Shown: positions 1 to 10,655 of the stretch, piece by piece
Numbering within the stretch: position 1 is the stretch's first letter
Layout: each line of letters opens with the position of its first letter
Source: an uncultured Bacteroidota bacterium
Lineage (GTDB): Bacteria; Bacteroidota; Rhodothermia; Rhodothermales; DASSAV01
Assembly (NCBI GenBank): GCA_963790965.1
Contig: CAWBQO010000002.1
Coordinates: 1 to 64,000 of the forward strand
Reading direction: 5' to 3'
Length of the DNA stretch: 64,000 bases
Position numbers and translations under genes: made by a program
The notes under the pieces: generated by a model
The model's input: only the letters and a program-made list of their open reading frames with translations
Database searches by the model: none
What the model was told of the DNA's origin: nothing

Positions 1-1
1 A

Positions 2-127
2 ATTGACACTGAGAAGGTCCCGATTGATGTTGGTCGTCCCCGTCTCCGCCTCAAGCTTGGGGATGAACGCCTTCGAGACGCAGAGACAGATCAGCTCGCT
101 AGCGTTGCTCAGAGCCTGTTAGCCTAG
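2..127 (+). other. 3' end of an ORF entering the window (41 codons, stop at 125-127); product unknown
   Basis: Open frame 2 from the window edge to a TAG stop; no recognisable motif. Confidence 0.2.
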
Positions 128-211
128 GTGATGGTGACTACTCCCCTCCCTACTCGCTCCCGTCGGTCGCTCCTTGAGGACGGGGAATTAGTGCCCTAAA
201 CAACAGTTAAG

Positions 212-834
212 ATGGGTCTGCAAGGCCTTTTGGGAAGCATCCTCGCGATTATTGGCAGTCTTCCAGCATTTATCATCGGAGTGGTGATTTTCCTGTTCAC
301 ACTCTTCTATCTCTTACGGGATGGCGACAAATTCATAGCCTGGCTCCGGAATGCTACCCCGCTTGAACCACAGGTAATGAACGAACTGATGGAGCGTATT
401 GACGACCTCCTGTGGGCGGCCATAATCGGCAATGTCATCGTTGCTGGAGTGCAAGCTATACTGACAGTTGTCGCATTCTTTTTCCTTGGATTCGACGACA
501 TCGTCTTCTGGGAGCGTGCTCACGTTCGTTCTGTCGTTGCTCCCCGTGATCGGAGCATCAATAATCTGGATTCCAGCCGTAATATATCTCTTCCTTGTTA
601 ATAACATTTTGGAAGCGGTTGGGCTCTTACTGTACGGTACACTCGTCATCAGTGGATCAGATAATTTTATTAGACCACTTGCGATGCAACGTCGTTCAAA
701 CCTCAATCCAGGACTTCTTGTTCTCAGTATCTTTGGTGTGTCACCGTATTCGGGTTCCTTGGTCTATTCGTTGGTCCAATCTTGATCGGACTGTCGCTAG
801 CCCTCATCGACTTGCTGGTAGAAGAGCGTGGTAG
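212..834 (+). pseudogene. AI-2E family transporter, C-terminal fragment with at least two frameshifts (frame 2 to frame 0 near 480, back to frame 2 near 780)
   Basis: LLRDGDKF motif and hydrophobic segments typical of AI-2E/PerM continue across ORFs 212..601, 468..785 and 595..834 in different frames. The N-terminal ~200 aa are absent. An intact paralog lies at 5201..6397. Confidence 0.5.
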
Positions 835-1232
835 GTCCCGTGATTCGTGACCGTACCCGGAATCGGTCTGACCGAAATCCCGTGGAAGTGCTCACCCGAA
901 GAGGGATAATCACTTCCTGCGAATCGGTTATGGACTACAGACATAATACTCCAGCCGCGGTCGGGATTCTCACACATAGACGTGTAGACAATATCAAGAG
1001 CGATATCGATCCAGATTAGAGAAATATCGGGTCATGTTTTTTCAGAAACACTAATCCCCTTTGCCCGTTTAATTCCTTCGGGTAAGGAATGCGGCGTTCG
1101 TTTCTGTGTCCGCCAGTAGCCCGCTCAAATGAACACCCCATACTAGAGTACGATAATGTTGGACAAGAAATTTAACCTCCAAAAGGACGTTTGTGACCGA
1201 AATAACAAATCGAATCAAAGGGAGCCCATGCT

Positions 1233-1865
1233 GTGGATCTCATAACATATCTCCCGTTAGCTTTCGTGATGATTGCGGGCCCACAGATAATCACTCCCGT
1301 CTTCCTCGCCACAAGCGAGAAGTGGCGAGCAAACTCTACAGCGTACGTTTTCGGCGCAGCCCTCTCGATCAGTCTCGTGGTCGTCATCGCATACCTCCTT
1401 GGGAACAATGTCGAAGGGAGCGGCAACATACTGGGAGCGAATGCAAAAGACCTCCTCTACGTCGTCATCCTCGTCCTCCTGCTCTACGCCGCGATAACAA
1501 CCTACCGAAAGCGAAACGTGTCGGAGCCACCCGAGTGGATGGGCAAGCTAACTAACGCGACGCCACGACGCTCCTTGAAGTTGGGTTTCCTCCTGCTGGG
1601 AGTGTTTCCAACCGACATCGTCACCTCAATTAGCGTCGGAACCTTCCTTGCGGCGAATGGTGAACCGATCACGGACGCGATAGGATTCGTCCTTCTCACG
1701 CTCTTCTTGGTGGCGATTCCGTCGCTCAGCGTATTCGCACTCGGAAAGAGAGCGGAAGCAGCACTCCCGAAAGTTCGCGACTGGATGAATGATAATTCAT
1801 GGATTATCTCCGAGGTGGTAATTGCAATCTTCGTCGTCCTTACGCTTCAGAACCTCCTCGGGTAA
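1233..1865 (+). CDS. GAP-family (DUF2910-like) small membrane protein
   Basis: 210 aa, six hydrophobic segments, N-terminal MDLITYLPLAFVMIAGPQIITPV pattern resembling GAP-family proteins. Confidence 0.4.
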   Translation: MDLITYLPLAFVMIAGPQIITPVFLATSEKWRANSTAYVFGAALSISLVVVIAYLLGNNVEGSGNILGANAKDLLYVVILVLLLYAAITTYRKRNVSEPPEWMGKLTNATPRRSLKLGFLLLGVFPTDIVTSISVGTFLAANGEPITDAIGFVLLTLFLVAIPSLSVFALGKRAEAALPKVRDWMNDNSWIISEVVIAIFVVLTLQNLLG

Positions 1866-1987
1866 GCCTCCCACAATCCATTCCAATGACCATCTCGATT
1901 CAGCGATTACTCGTTGTATTACAAGGTAAGTACTAAATGACCATCAGGAACGCACTACTGAATTGGTGTTCAGAGGTGGTCTGAGCT

Positions 1988-2812
1988 ATGGCGACCGTCG
2001 GATCGCGATTTTTGTCCTTCGTTCAGGTTTTTGTCCGGGAAGTGTCAGATAAAGACATCTCTTTCATTGCGGGGAGTCTCGCATACTATGCGCTTATTTC
2101 GATCATTCCTGTGATAATTCTCTCACTAGTTGCTATTTCGACTTTCGGTGGGCCAGAGTTCGCAGATCGAGTCGTCGATCAACTAAATGCCTTACTCTCC
2201 CCAACTGGGCAAGCCCTCCTGAAAAGTGTGCTCACGAGTCAAAAAGGAGCTGAGAGCGCAACATTAATTAGCGTACTCACACTGATTTGGAGCGCATTTA
2301 GGTTGTTCCGAGGGCTGGATGTGGCTTTCCTGCGTGCCTATGGATTAAATAAGAGTAGCGTTGTGACACAACTCAGACATGGAATCATCACGCTCACTGC
2401 AGGGACTGCTGGCATTATCATTACTGCCGGGATTGGCGTATTCATCACATTCATCCCGTACGACATTACCATTGGCAGCATCTCTGCCCTCGAAACCCTC
2501 GCAACCCTCGTAACGCTGTTTGCGCTGGTGCTGACGCTTCTCCCACCATATTATATTCTCCCCGGTGACGAGGTTACGCTACGTGAAGCACTGCCTGGGA
2601 CACTCTTTGCTGCCGTTGGCTGGACAGTTCTCCAAGTTGGTTTTCGATTTTACACCTCGTATATAAGTAGCTACCAAGCTTACGGTCTCATCGGGTCAGT
2701 ACTGTTACTGGCAATTTTCTTTTATTTTGCTGGATTGATTCTCCTCCTAGGCGTCATTCTTAACGTAGTGCTCTCAAACTCTACCATCAGAAACGATTCA
2801 ATACGCAGGTGA
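1988..2812 (+). CDS. YihY/BrkB family membrane protein
   Basis: 274 aa; FIAGSLAYYALISIIPVIIL and a multi-TM layout characteristic of the YihY/virulence factor BrkB family. Confidence 0.6.
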   Translation: MATVGSRFLSFVQVFVREVSDKDISFIAGSLAYYALISIIPVIILSLVAISTFGGPEFADRVVDQLNALLSPTGQALLKSVLTSQKGAESATLISVLTLIWSAFRLFRGLDVAFLRAYGLNKSSVVTQLRHGIITLTAGTAGIIITAGIGVFITFIPYDITIGSISALETLATLVTLFALVLTLLPPYYILPGDEVTLREALPGTLFAAVGWTVLQVGFRFYTSYISSYQAYGLIGSVLLLAIFFYFAGLILLLGVILNVVLSNSTIRNDSIRR

Positions 2813-2842
2813 AAGTCTGATTGAAATACGGGAACTGGGTAA

Positions 2843-3466
2843 TTACACTCCACGTACGTCAGTGGCCGAACCCGTGTTCGCACGGGCGACGTCACGTCCG
2901 TTCATCGCGACTAACACCATGGAGAGTCCGCTACTGACTAAACCCACTCCAAGGAGCAGGCCGACGGCCCACAATGCCGTCCCCGGGAACCCGATCAGGA
3001 GCAATCCAGCAACGATAATCGAGAGGCCGCCACTAATGACAACCCAAAGCCAGTTCGCATCAGGACGGAGCTGGAAACCCATTCCGATCTCGAAAATCCC
3101 CTCGATGAATAGGTAGCCGATCACTAGCAGCGTGAGGGTTGTAAGCCCGATAACTGGGTTCGCCATCAGGGCGATGCCAGCCACGAAGTACACGATCGCC
3201 AGCGCAACTTCTACGAGACTGCCCCTCCAGTTCTTCGCAGAGAACCCGTGTGCAAGGTTAACGGCCCCTCCGACGATTAAGAGGATGCCAAGTAAGACAG
3301 AGAGCGAGACGCCCGCAGTAAATGGAAAGACGATGGCTAAAATCCCAAGAGCAGAGACTACCGCGCCTCCAATCATGAGAGTTCTCCAACTCTCTGCAGT
3401 ATCGTTTGTTCGTCCGCTTACGGTTCCTTGTGCTCCGGTTTCGGTGCTCATTCGGAATACCCTCAC
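2843..3466 (-). CDS. HdeD/DUF308 family membrane protein
   Basis: 207 aa, repeated glycine-rich TM helices (GILLIVGGAVNLAHGF ... GLLLGVGLVSSGL) as in HdeD-type proteins. Confidence 0.5.
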   Translation of the reverse strand: MRVFRMSTETGAQGTVSGRTNDTAESWRTLMIGGAVVSALGILAIVFPFTAGVSLSVLLGILLIVGGAVNLAHGFSAKNWRGSLVEVALAIVYFVAGIALMANPVIGLTTLTLLVIGYLFIEGIFEIGMGFQLRPDANWLWVVISGGLSIIVAGLLLIGFPGTALWAVGLLLGVGLVSSGLSMVLVAMNGRDVARANTGSATDVRGV

Positions 3467-4048
3467 GCAGATGGAGGCATCCTACAATAATAAATTGCAG
3501 TTCAACTGCTCAGTAAGATCACGTCAACTGCATCGTACGGAGAAATGTCGAATCGATCTGATTTAACACATTCTTGATCGCAGAAGTCGCTTTTACAGCG
3601 TGTTCGAACACTTTTCGACCGGGTTTATAGAACGGTTCACGTCGGAACTGAATAGCTCGGAGATAGTGTCGCGGATGTGATCTGCGAGACGGTCGGTATA
3701 CTGGTCATCACTCTGCCCGGCACGATGTAGCTGATCGAGATTGCAGACAAGTAGCCGAACAGAGTGAAGATTTACTACTTCCTGGTTTCTGATCAAAAAT
3801 CTAATCTCTCTTTGGAGAAGATGACAACAAGAGAGATGTAAAGAGACGCGTAATTCACGATACTATTGGTCGCCCGAGGAAACCCCCTGTTCTGATATAC
3901 CAAGGTACAATATCGGTTTAGGAGATCTATTCCCGTATTCAGATAGAGAGCAGGGAAGACACCAATCACTGTTTAGTGGGATTCCGGAACACCGTATCCA
4001 AGGACGTTTCCATCAATATGACATACTATTCGATCAGACTATAGGTTC

Positions 4049-4624
4049 TTGAGGCTTGCAGACGTCATTACCAGTATGGCTCGAAGAAGAGCGGAACGGC
4101 GAGAGAAGCGTCAGGACCGGCGCGACGGGAAGCGCGAGTGGGAGCGATACAAGATGATCCAGAAGCTCGTGGCTATCGGGGACGATTACTACGTTGAGAA
4201 CGAGGCCGGAAGCCAGGTTTTCAAGATTGATGGGAAGGTACTCCGCGCCCGCGACACCCTGAAGATGGAAGACATGGAGACCGGCGACACCTACCGGATA
4301 CAGGAGAAGGTCGTTCGCGTCAAAGACACGATGACGATTCAAAAGAATGGCACGAAGGCGGCGGCGGTGAAGAAAGCCATCGTCAGTCCCGTCCGCGACC
4401 GATTCTCCATCGCCATCCCGGGAGAGGCGGACCTGAAGCTGAAGGGGAACATCCTCGACCACGAATACAAACTCATGCGGAACGGTGAGCGTGTCGCCGA
4501 AGTCTCGAAAAAGTGGTTCCGGGTCCGAGATAGCTACGGCATCGAGGTGTCGCCAGAACTGGACGCGGGACTCGTTGTGGCCAGTACCGTTGCCCTCGAC
4601 ATGATGACCAGTCCGACTCGCTAG
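4049..4624 (+). CDS. LURP-one-related (DUF567, tubby-like) family protein
   Basis: YYVENEAGSQVFKIDGKVLRARDTL...YRIQEKVVRVKDT...AAVKKAIVSPVRDRFSI pattern typical of haloarchaeal LURP1-like proteins; start may be the internal Met at 4076. Confidence 0.5.
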   Translation: MRLADVITSMARRRAERREKRQDRRDGKREWERYKMIQKLVAIGDDYYVENEAGSQVFKIDGKVLRARDTLKMEDMETGDTYRIQEKVVRVKDTMTIQKNGTKAAAVKKAIVSPVRDRFSIAIPGEADLKLKGNILDHEYKLMRNGERVAEVSKKWFRVRDSYGIEVSPELDAGLVVASTVALDMMTSPTR

Positions 4625-5200
4625 GAGTCAGCGGGGAACGCACCTTTTTGGACGAACGATTTATCTAACTGTCGTCACTGTCCGTAGAGCGAACTCCCAC
4701 GCTTTTTGAGTCGCATGTCGCGGTGATGTCGATCTCGCGGAGCCGACGAGCCTTCTTGCCCTCGTCGGCCCCAGTTCGAGAGGAGTTGGAGAACCGTGAT
4801 GGTATCAGCTTCTATCTCGCAGCTTGGTTCTGGTTCCCTCGGTGGGAAGTACGCTGACCCCGGCATTGAAGACGGCTCCATCAAAGAAGTCGAAGAGGCT
4901 ATCGAGTCCGGACAGTCAGCGCTGATTTCTCCTCGTCACGGCTCTCGAAGAAGAGCGAGTCAGTGACGAGTAGAACTCTACGAGCCGACGGTCCTCCAGA
5001 CGAACCTCTCGACCGATGACGAAGAAAAACTACGTGAGGCCTTCGCCGCACACGAGATTACCGAGTGAGTTCAATCGCCAAGCGGTGTCGATCGCGATGA
5101 CCCTTCGTGATAGTTTTGTTCGAATCGAATCCCCCAATAGAGTAGTATAGCCGGGAAAGTTCATGAGAGTGAAAAAGGATTGAACGTGGTTCCCCCACTC

Positions 5201-6397
5201 TCACAACGGTTGTGCGTCGTCTTGATCATCGCCACCGGCTGCGCCGAACCCCTTCTCACCTGTCGGCGGTTCGATCGATTCCGATTCCGGAGCCGTCTCT
5301 GGTTCGGCAGCACCCTCGCGACCGACGAGCGACGGGAGCACGAACTGGATAAACGGGAAGATAAATGCTAACAATAGCGGCCCGAGGAAGATACCATACC
5401 AGCCGAACAGCGACGGGCCGAGGATGTACGCGAACATGATGAGCGCGAGCGGGAACACTTTCCCCGAAAGGTAAGGTCGGATGTATGTTCGAACGAGATT
5501 GTCGAATGCCCCGACCATTACGAGGAAAAATACGACCGGGAACCAGAGTAGTGTTGGACTGGTCTGGAGCGCTTCTAGAGCTAATAATGCGACGATCGCC
5601 AGGTAAACGACGGACCGTCCGACGAGCGGGATGAGCGTGAAGACCCCGGTGATGACTGCGAACAACACGACATTCGGGATGCTCAGCGCTCCTGGTGCGA
5701 CAAGGTTGAATCCGGTGTAGATGAGCGCCGAGAGAATAATCACGGCGAAGATCGTGAGCGTGTATCCGAAGAAGACGGACGTGAGACCGCGATCCACGGC
5801 GCGAAGGTACTCAGTGGTAAGGTTCTCCTCACCGATGACGTTCGCCTTGAACCACGCTACGAGGCTACGATCGCTGACGAGTAGGAAGAAGCCAAATAAG
5901 AGGGAGAGAAACAGACTAAATAGGGTGCTTGCAGTTCCGCTGACGACGGCACCAAGCGATCCGATTGCGTTGCGTACCGACGGTTCCTGGTAGAGTGACG
6001 AGGCTGTGTTGACGACATCGTTGGGACTGCTCGGGAGTTGCGTCACGCTGACCGGGAGGAGGTTCACGAGCGGCGCGAGGGTGTTACTGGAGAGGAGATT
6101 GTTCACCTGACCAAGTGCCACGAGCAGGATTGCCCCTAAGATGGCGACAATTGGAACGACGAGCAACGCGAGCGTGCTCGCAGCTGCCACCGACGTACGA
6201 CCGGTTCGTCCCTCAATATACCGACTGATAGGTCGCGCTACGTAGTAGACGAACAGACCAAAGACGATCCAAGCGAGGTACTGGGCCCCAATCCACGCGA
6301 CGATGAGGAAGAACGCGAGCCCGAGCAACCACCAGCCGAAATTCAGTTTGTCGAGTTTGGTGCGGATACCGTCGTCTGACGAAGTGCTCTCAACCAT
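5201..6397 (-). CDS. AI-2E family transporter (PerM-like permease)
   Basis: 398 aa, 7-8 TM segments, conserved AI-2E core, acidic C-terminal tail. Confidence 0.7.
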   Translation of the reverse strand: MVESTSSDDGIRTKLDKLNFGWWLLGLAFFLIVAWIGAQYLAWIVFGLFVYYVARPISRYIEGRTGRTSVAAASTLALLVVPIVAILGAILLVALGQVNNLLSSNTLAPLVNLLPVSVTQLPSSPNDVVNTASSLYQEPSVRNAIGSLGAVVSGTASTLFSLFLSLLFGFFLLVSDRSLVAWFKANVIGEENLTTEYLRAVDRGLTSVFFGYTLTIFAVIILSALIYTGFNLVAPGALSIPNVVLFAVITGVFTLIPLVGRSVVYLAIVALLALEALQTSPTLLWFPVVFFLVMVGAFDNLVRTYIRPYLSGKVFPLALIMFAYILGPSLFGWYGIFLGPLLLAFIFPFIQFVLPSLVGREGAAEPETAPESESIEPPTGEKGFGAAGGDDQDDAQPL

Positions 6398-6577
6398 AGA
6401 AGAAATACGACCTAGTTGGACATAAGCAGTAACATATCCACGGAATTTTGATCATATTGTAGTAATATCTTCCCATAGAGAATTTCTGAATTAAATTGGT
6501 AGGTAATCATGATTTCCGGACGTTCCGAGATATCGTCAAAGTAGTTTAATATCTCTCCTGACGTATCTGTTATTGTT

Positions 6578-6982
6578 ATGGCAGAGATTAATTGGCGTGC
6601 GGTTGGAATAGGATTTGTCGTCACCCTAGTCATCGGGCTGATTGGTGGGTTCACAGTTTCCATGACGGACCTCACAATACCGATCATTGGATGGGGACTC
6701 ACGGGTCTCGTCGGCGGCGCGGCTGCTGGCTACGTGGCCGGACACGGGGTGGACAACGGTATTGTCAACGGCATTCTGGGAACGACGATCGGAGCAATCG
6801 TGGTCCTCGGTGCTCTCCTCATCGCCGGAACGCTCCTCTTCGGACTCGTTGGACTCTCGGTGTTCCTCGTTCCGATTCTGCTCCTCGGTCTCTACGCGAT
6901 CCCGGGAGCGGTCGGTGGTGCGATCGGAGCCATGCTGAAGGGAACCGAATCCGCAGAGGCGGGCCAACCCGCGGGTCGCTAA
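6578..6982 (+). CDS. small glycine-rich membrane protein (DUF5518-like)
   Basis: 134 aa, four Gly-rich TM helices; haloarchaeal-type small membrane protein. Confidence 0.4.
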   Translation: MAEINWRAVGIGFVVTLVIGLIGGFTVSMTDLTIPIIGWGLTGLVGGAAAGYVAGHGVDNGIVNGILGTTIGAIVVLGALLIAGTLLFGLVGLSVFLVPILLLGLYAIPGAVGGAIGAMLKGTESAEAGQPAGR

Positions 6983-7317
6983 CCAACCTCACCGTTTTCA
7001 ATCGAAGGCGAGTTGGGTGAAGCCTCGATTTCTATTGTTCGTGACTCCTCTTTTACGCGAGATCTGAACGCTCATTTTTACACATTCTTGAGTCCACAAT
7101 ATTCTCTGTAGGAATAATAGAACCAAAAGGAGAAGAGAACAGCGATTGCTCGCGACGAATGAAGACTGGAGTGTCGGAGTTCCTTTCGGATCCGACAAAC
7201 CGATACTGGGGGGGTGTGACCTCCACTATGAAAAAAAGCATCAGAGAGGCGTGAGCAGATCGTCTTCCACTACGAAAGTGAGTTGATTGGAGTCACTGCC
7301 AGTTAGAGAATATAGAA

Positions 7318-7644
7318 TCAAGAATAGGCACTGACGATATCTGCGATCCGATCGAGGAGGGACTCAATCTGAGGCCGATCAACCTCCCAGTCAGGAGATG
7401 AGTGATGGTACTCAGTAAGAATCTCTTGCAGTGCCTCAAACTGGTCGTTGGTAAAGCGAGTACGACCAGTCTCAAGAATCTCGAATGCTTGATAGATTTC
7501 GACGGCTGGTGGATCTACCGAGGTTGTATCCGGTGCAGTTAGTTCTTGATCGATTCGATCGAGAAGTATGTGATGCAACGTCCACTGCTCACTTCTTGGA
7601 AGTTTTAACGTGATTGACTGTGGGGACCGTGTATGAACCGACAT
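7318..7644 (-). CDS. hypothetical acidic protein
   Basis: 108-aa ORF with acidic composition; no recognised motif. Confidence 0.3.
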   Translation of the reverse strand: MSVHTRSPQSITLKLPRSEQWTLHHILLDRIDQELTAPDTTSVDPPAVEIYQAFEILETGRTRFTNDQFEALQEILTEYHHSSPDWEVDRPQIESLLDRIADIVSAYS

Positions 7645-7689
7645 GGTAATTATAGACAGTTGAGAGTAGGTGATTCTGCTTTATATAGT

Positions 7690-8221
7690 TTACCTAGTGA
7701 TAACACTGCCCATAATGAGCATTGGATTTCGAGTTGAAGCCGTATTCTCTGGCGCGGCAGTTGATGATGGTCGGCGACGGCAACGAGACGAAGCTGTCGC
7801 CGTGGTCAGCAGCGTCACACGGTAACTGAGCGACGTGGCAAGATCGACGCTCTTGACGGCGATATCCTGTTGATAGCAGTTTTGTCCGTCGAAGACGTTT
7901 TCGACTTCGACGGGCTGGAAATAGCTGGATTCGTCGGGGTCAGCGGGGTATCTTCGACGTAGTGAAGGATGAATTCGTGCTTACCAGCGGTTGTGACGGC
8001 TGTGCGGGTATCAGTGCCAGCACGTTAGAAGCGTTGATTACCGACGCCGTGAGCGTGTTCTGGGCACAGAGCGCCTCGACGCGGCTCACGTCGAGGCTCT
8101 CGACGAGTTCTTCCAGAAGGGTGGATTCAACGTTCTGGTCGGTAAGGAACTCAACGAGCGTATCGAGCGGTATCGTTTTGTCGTCGTTGGTGCATCCGTG
8201 TTCGGTTAAGCACTGGATCAC
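7690..8221 (-). pseudogene. ISH-type transposase N-terminal fragment (same family as 22268..23605), frameshifted, with no inverted repeats
   Basis: N-terminus CTNDDKTIPLDTLVEFLTDQNVESTLLEELVESLDVSRVEALC matches the intact copy. Downstream similarity continues in two other frames (…PAQPSQPLVSTNSSFTTSKIP, then …DESSYFQPVE…). Confidence 0.5.
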
Positions 8222-8421
8222 CTCATGAAGGCCTCAGCCACTCGTTCGCTGAGTAAGAGCCGCGATTTCTCTGGTTGGCGGGCGTCACGAAACATCAGTT
8301 TCGACAGGTTCGGCGGTGGATGTCCGAACGACTGTGCCAAGTCTTCGAGGATGAGCTGGGCGAAAGACCGGAAGGTCTTCGCCCAGCGCTCACGGGGGAA
8401 CACCGTCTCTGGGAACAGCTC

Positions 8422-8957
8422 TTAAAACACGCCGAGCAAGGCTCTGCTGACCGTCAGCGTCAGCAGAGCCGCCACCACTAGCAGGTGGACGATTGCTGGA
8501 TCACTCGTCTGGAACTTCTCCAACCCATACAGCGACTTCAATTCCCGGAACAGCAACTCCACTTCCCACCGCAACCCATACAGCGCCGCGACCTGCCTCG
8601 GAGTGAACGCCTCGGGGAGATTTGTGACGTACAGATGGTAGTCGTCGGTGTCCTCATTGCGGACACCGACGACGCGAAACTCCACCGAATCGGTTGACTG
8701 CTTCCCAGCGTATGGTCGCCGCTTGAACGAGATCTCCACGGTCACATCAATGATCTCCCGTGTGAGGTCTCCCAGAACGTCCTGGAGGCGACGTCCTGGT
8801 AAGGAAATGGCGCGGCCGCGCCATTTCCGTCGCTTCCCGACAATTAACGGGTTCGCGTTCGATTTCAGCCGTGTCAGGAAAAAGCCGTTGTTTTCCTCGA
8901 TCAATGCGAACCGGCGGAAACTGTAGAATCCGAGATCGAACAGTAACAACCGACCTC
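8422..8957 (-). pseudogene. IS4-family (ISH-type) transposase, C-terminal half, separated from its N-terminal half by an IS630 insertion
   Basis: DDE_Tnp_1 C-terminal signature YGLRWEVELLFRELKSLYGLEKF. Frame is continuous with 10139..10655 when 8958..10138 is removed. Confidence 0.6.
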
Positions 8958-10138
8958 GCAGCCAGCTCCCCGTAGTGCCTAGCGTAACTTTTGAAGATAG
9001 TTGCCGAGGTGATTGTCGATCCAAGAGGCTGCGAAGCTCAGCTTGGTAGTGAGCTGCTCGAAGAGTTCAGTGAGGAGAGCGCGGTATTCTGCCGCGCTCC
9101 CCACAATCAACGGTGAGGTTTCCCATTTGAGACTCTTCCAGACCTGCTCGATTGGGTTGAGATCCGGTGAGCCAACTGGCAGAAACACCAGATCAATGCC
9201 AAGCTGGTGGGCTCGCTTGCGCGTATACTCGCACACGTGCGACGAGAAGTTGTCCAAGACGAGCAGAATCCGGGCGCCCGGATTCTGCTCGCGGATCCCT
9301 TCGAGACACTCACAGATCCGTTCTTTCTCTTGATTAGTCGGAAACTGAACGACACTCTCACCAGAGAGTGCGTAAAACCCGACCGCTGGTTCGTCTAACT
9401 TCACCAGCGGTCGAGTAATATGCGGATCATCCACGCTATAGAGTCGCTGTGAGTTATCCCACGGTTGTGGATGAGATGTGTCGAGAAATCCAAGGACGGT
9501 TCCGCCGTCCGTCCGGATTTCCGCGTCAACGACCCAGCCTTCCTCGTCGTCTCCGTCGCGTTTGTTGTGCGGCGTTTGGTCCTCGTCGAACGCGTCGCCG
9601 ACGCGTTCGTCGAGAATTTCTTCGGCGTTGTCTGGCCGTGATGGTCGCTTAGTCCGCGGAATTGCGTAGGAGAGACCGAGATCTTCGAGGAAGGTACTGA
9701 GATAGACCGGATGAAATTCAACGCCGAATTCCTCGTTGATGAGATGCTGTATCTCTTGTTTTTTCCACGGTTGGCCGTCGCGAAGCAGCTCGAGAAGGTG
9801 TTTTCGTTGTTCTTCGTCGAGCTTCGGGGGCCTACCGCCCCCGAAGTTCGGCATCAGAAGCCCGAGTCCGCCGTTGTTCCATCGGCGGACCCAGCGGGTT
9901 GCTGTGGCGGAGGACCTGCCGACGTCGTCGGCAGCGTCCTCCAAGGTTGCACCCTTGTAGAGTCGTTTGAGGAAGATTAGCCGCTCAGTGAGTTTCTGAT
10001 TAGTAGACTCCGCAAGGAGTCGATTGAGATCGTCCTCACTGAGGTGACGGACGATCTCTTTGCGGCGATCTCCAGACATACTCTCTCAACAGACTCTATC
10101 TTCATAACTTTCCCTAAGCACTATGCGGAGCTGGCTGC
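8958..10138 (-). mobile_element. IS630-family insertion sequence (~1.18 kb) nested inside an IS4-family transposase gene
   Basis: Imperfect terminal inverted repeats gcagccagctccCcGTAgtgcctagcgtaacttttgaagatag (left) and its reverse complement at the right end. Alternative boundaries 8975..10121 flanked by TA at 8973-74 and 10122-23. Confidence 0.7.
8979..10079 (-). CDS. IS630-family (Tc1/mariner-like, DDE_3) transposase
   Basis: 366 aa; HTH N-terminus, ILLVLDNFSSH…LPVGSPDLNPIEQVWKSLK DDE/D motifs characteristic of IS630. Confidence 0.8.
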   Translation of the reverse strand: MSGDRRKEIVRHLSEDDLNRLLAESTNQKLTERLIFLKRLYKGATLEDAADDVGRSSATATRWVRRWNNGGLGLLMPNFGGGRPPKLDEEQRKHLLELLRDGQPWKKQEIQHLINEEFGVEFHPVYLSTFLEDLGLSYAIPRTKRPSRPDNAEEILDERVGDAFDEDQTPHNKRDGDDEEGWVVDAEIRTDGGTVLGFLDTSHPQPWDNSQRLYSVDDPHITRPLVKLDEPAVGFYALSGESVVQFPTNQEKERICECLEGIREQNPGARILLVLDNFSSHVCEYTRKRAHQLGIDLVFLPVGSPDLNPIEQVWKSLKWETSPLIVGSAAEYRALLTELFEQLTTKLSFAASWIDNHLGNYLQKLR

Positions 10139-10655
10139 TCTCGTGAGTGCATTTGTCGGTGAGCTGGAACTGATCGATCATCTGTGTCGTCGCGTTATGG
10201 ACGAGGTGAAGCTTCGCGCCGGACTGATCCGAGTGAGTCGCCGGGAACTCGCTGAGGAGCCGATGCAACCGGAAGACGGTTGCATCGGCGATCAGCACCT
10301 CACGAAACAACTCGAACCGGGGAGCGATCGTGTGAGGGACCGCGACCTCCTCGAGAGCGTGCTCGAGGAGGTCACTCAACAGTGTCGCAAGTGCTGGTGT
10401 AAACCGGTCGTAAAAACTGGAGCGAGCAACAGTCTGGTTGGTCGCTGCGGAGTAGGCTCGTTGAAACCCGGCGATAGTGCGGGCTTCGCCGCCGACGGCG
10501 AAGCCCATGATGAGTGTCCAGACGAGCATCGTGATGTCGATTGTTCGGTGGCGTTGGACGACATCACGCTCGCGCGCGATGTCTTCGATAAGCGCTGCTG
10601 GAAAGAGGGAAGTCAGCCGCCGTCGAATAAGGTCTGGGGAGAGTTCCGTTAGCAC
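10139..10655 (-). pseudogene. IS4-family (ISH-type) transposase, N-terminal half (interrupted)
   Basis: MLTELSPDLIRRRL… N-terminus; excising 8958..10138 gives …QFQLTDKCTHE joined to RGRLLLFDLGFYSF… in frame. Confidence 0.6.

Noticed and set aside
5110-5170. Possible tRNA (gttcgaatcgaatccccc resembles a T-arm)
   Set aside because: No acceptor stem or anticodon-arm pairing could be built around it by eye. No convincing tRNA anywhere in the window.
8973-10123. TA target-site duplication for the IS630 element
   Set aside because: TA dinucleotides do sit at 8973-74 and 10122-23, but a perfect 12-bp inverted match continues outside them, and only excision of 8958..10138 (or of 8970..10126) restores the host reading frame. 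The TA pair may therefore be internal to a longer inverted repeat, so the duplication is left unresolved rather than asserted.
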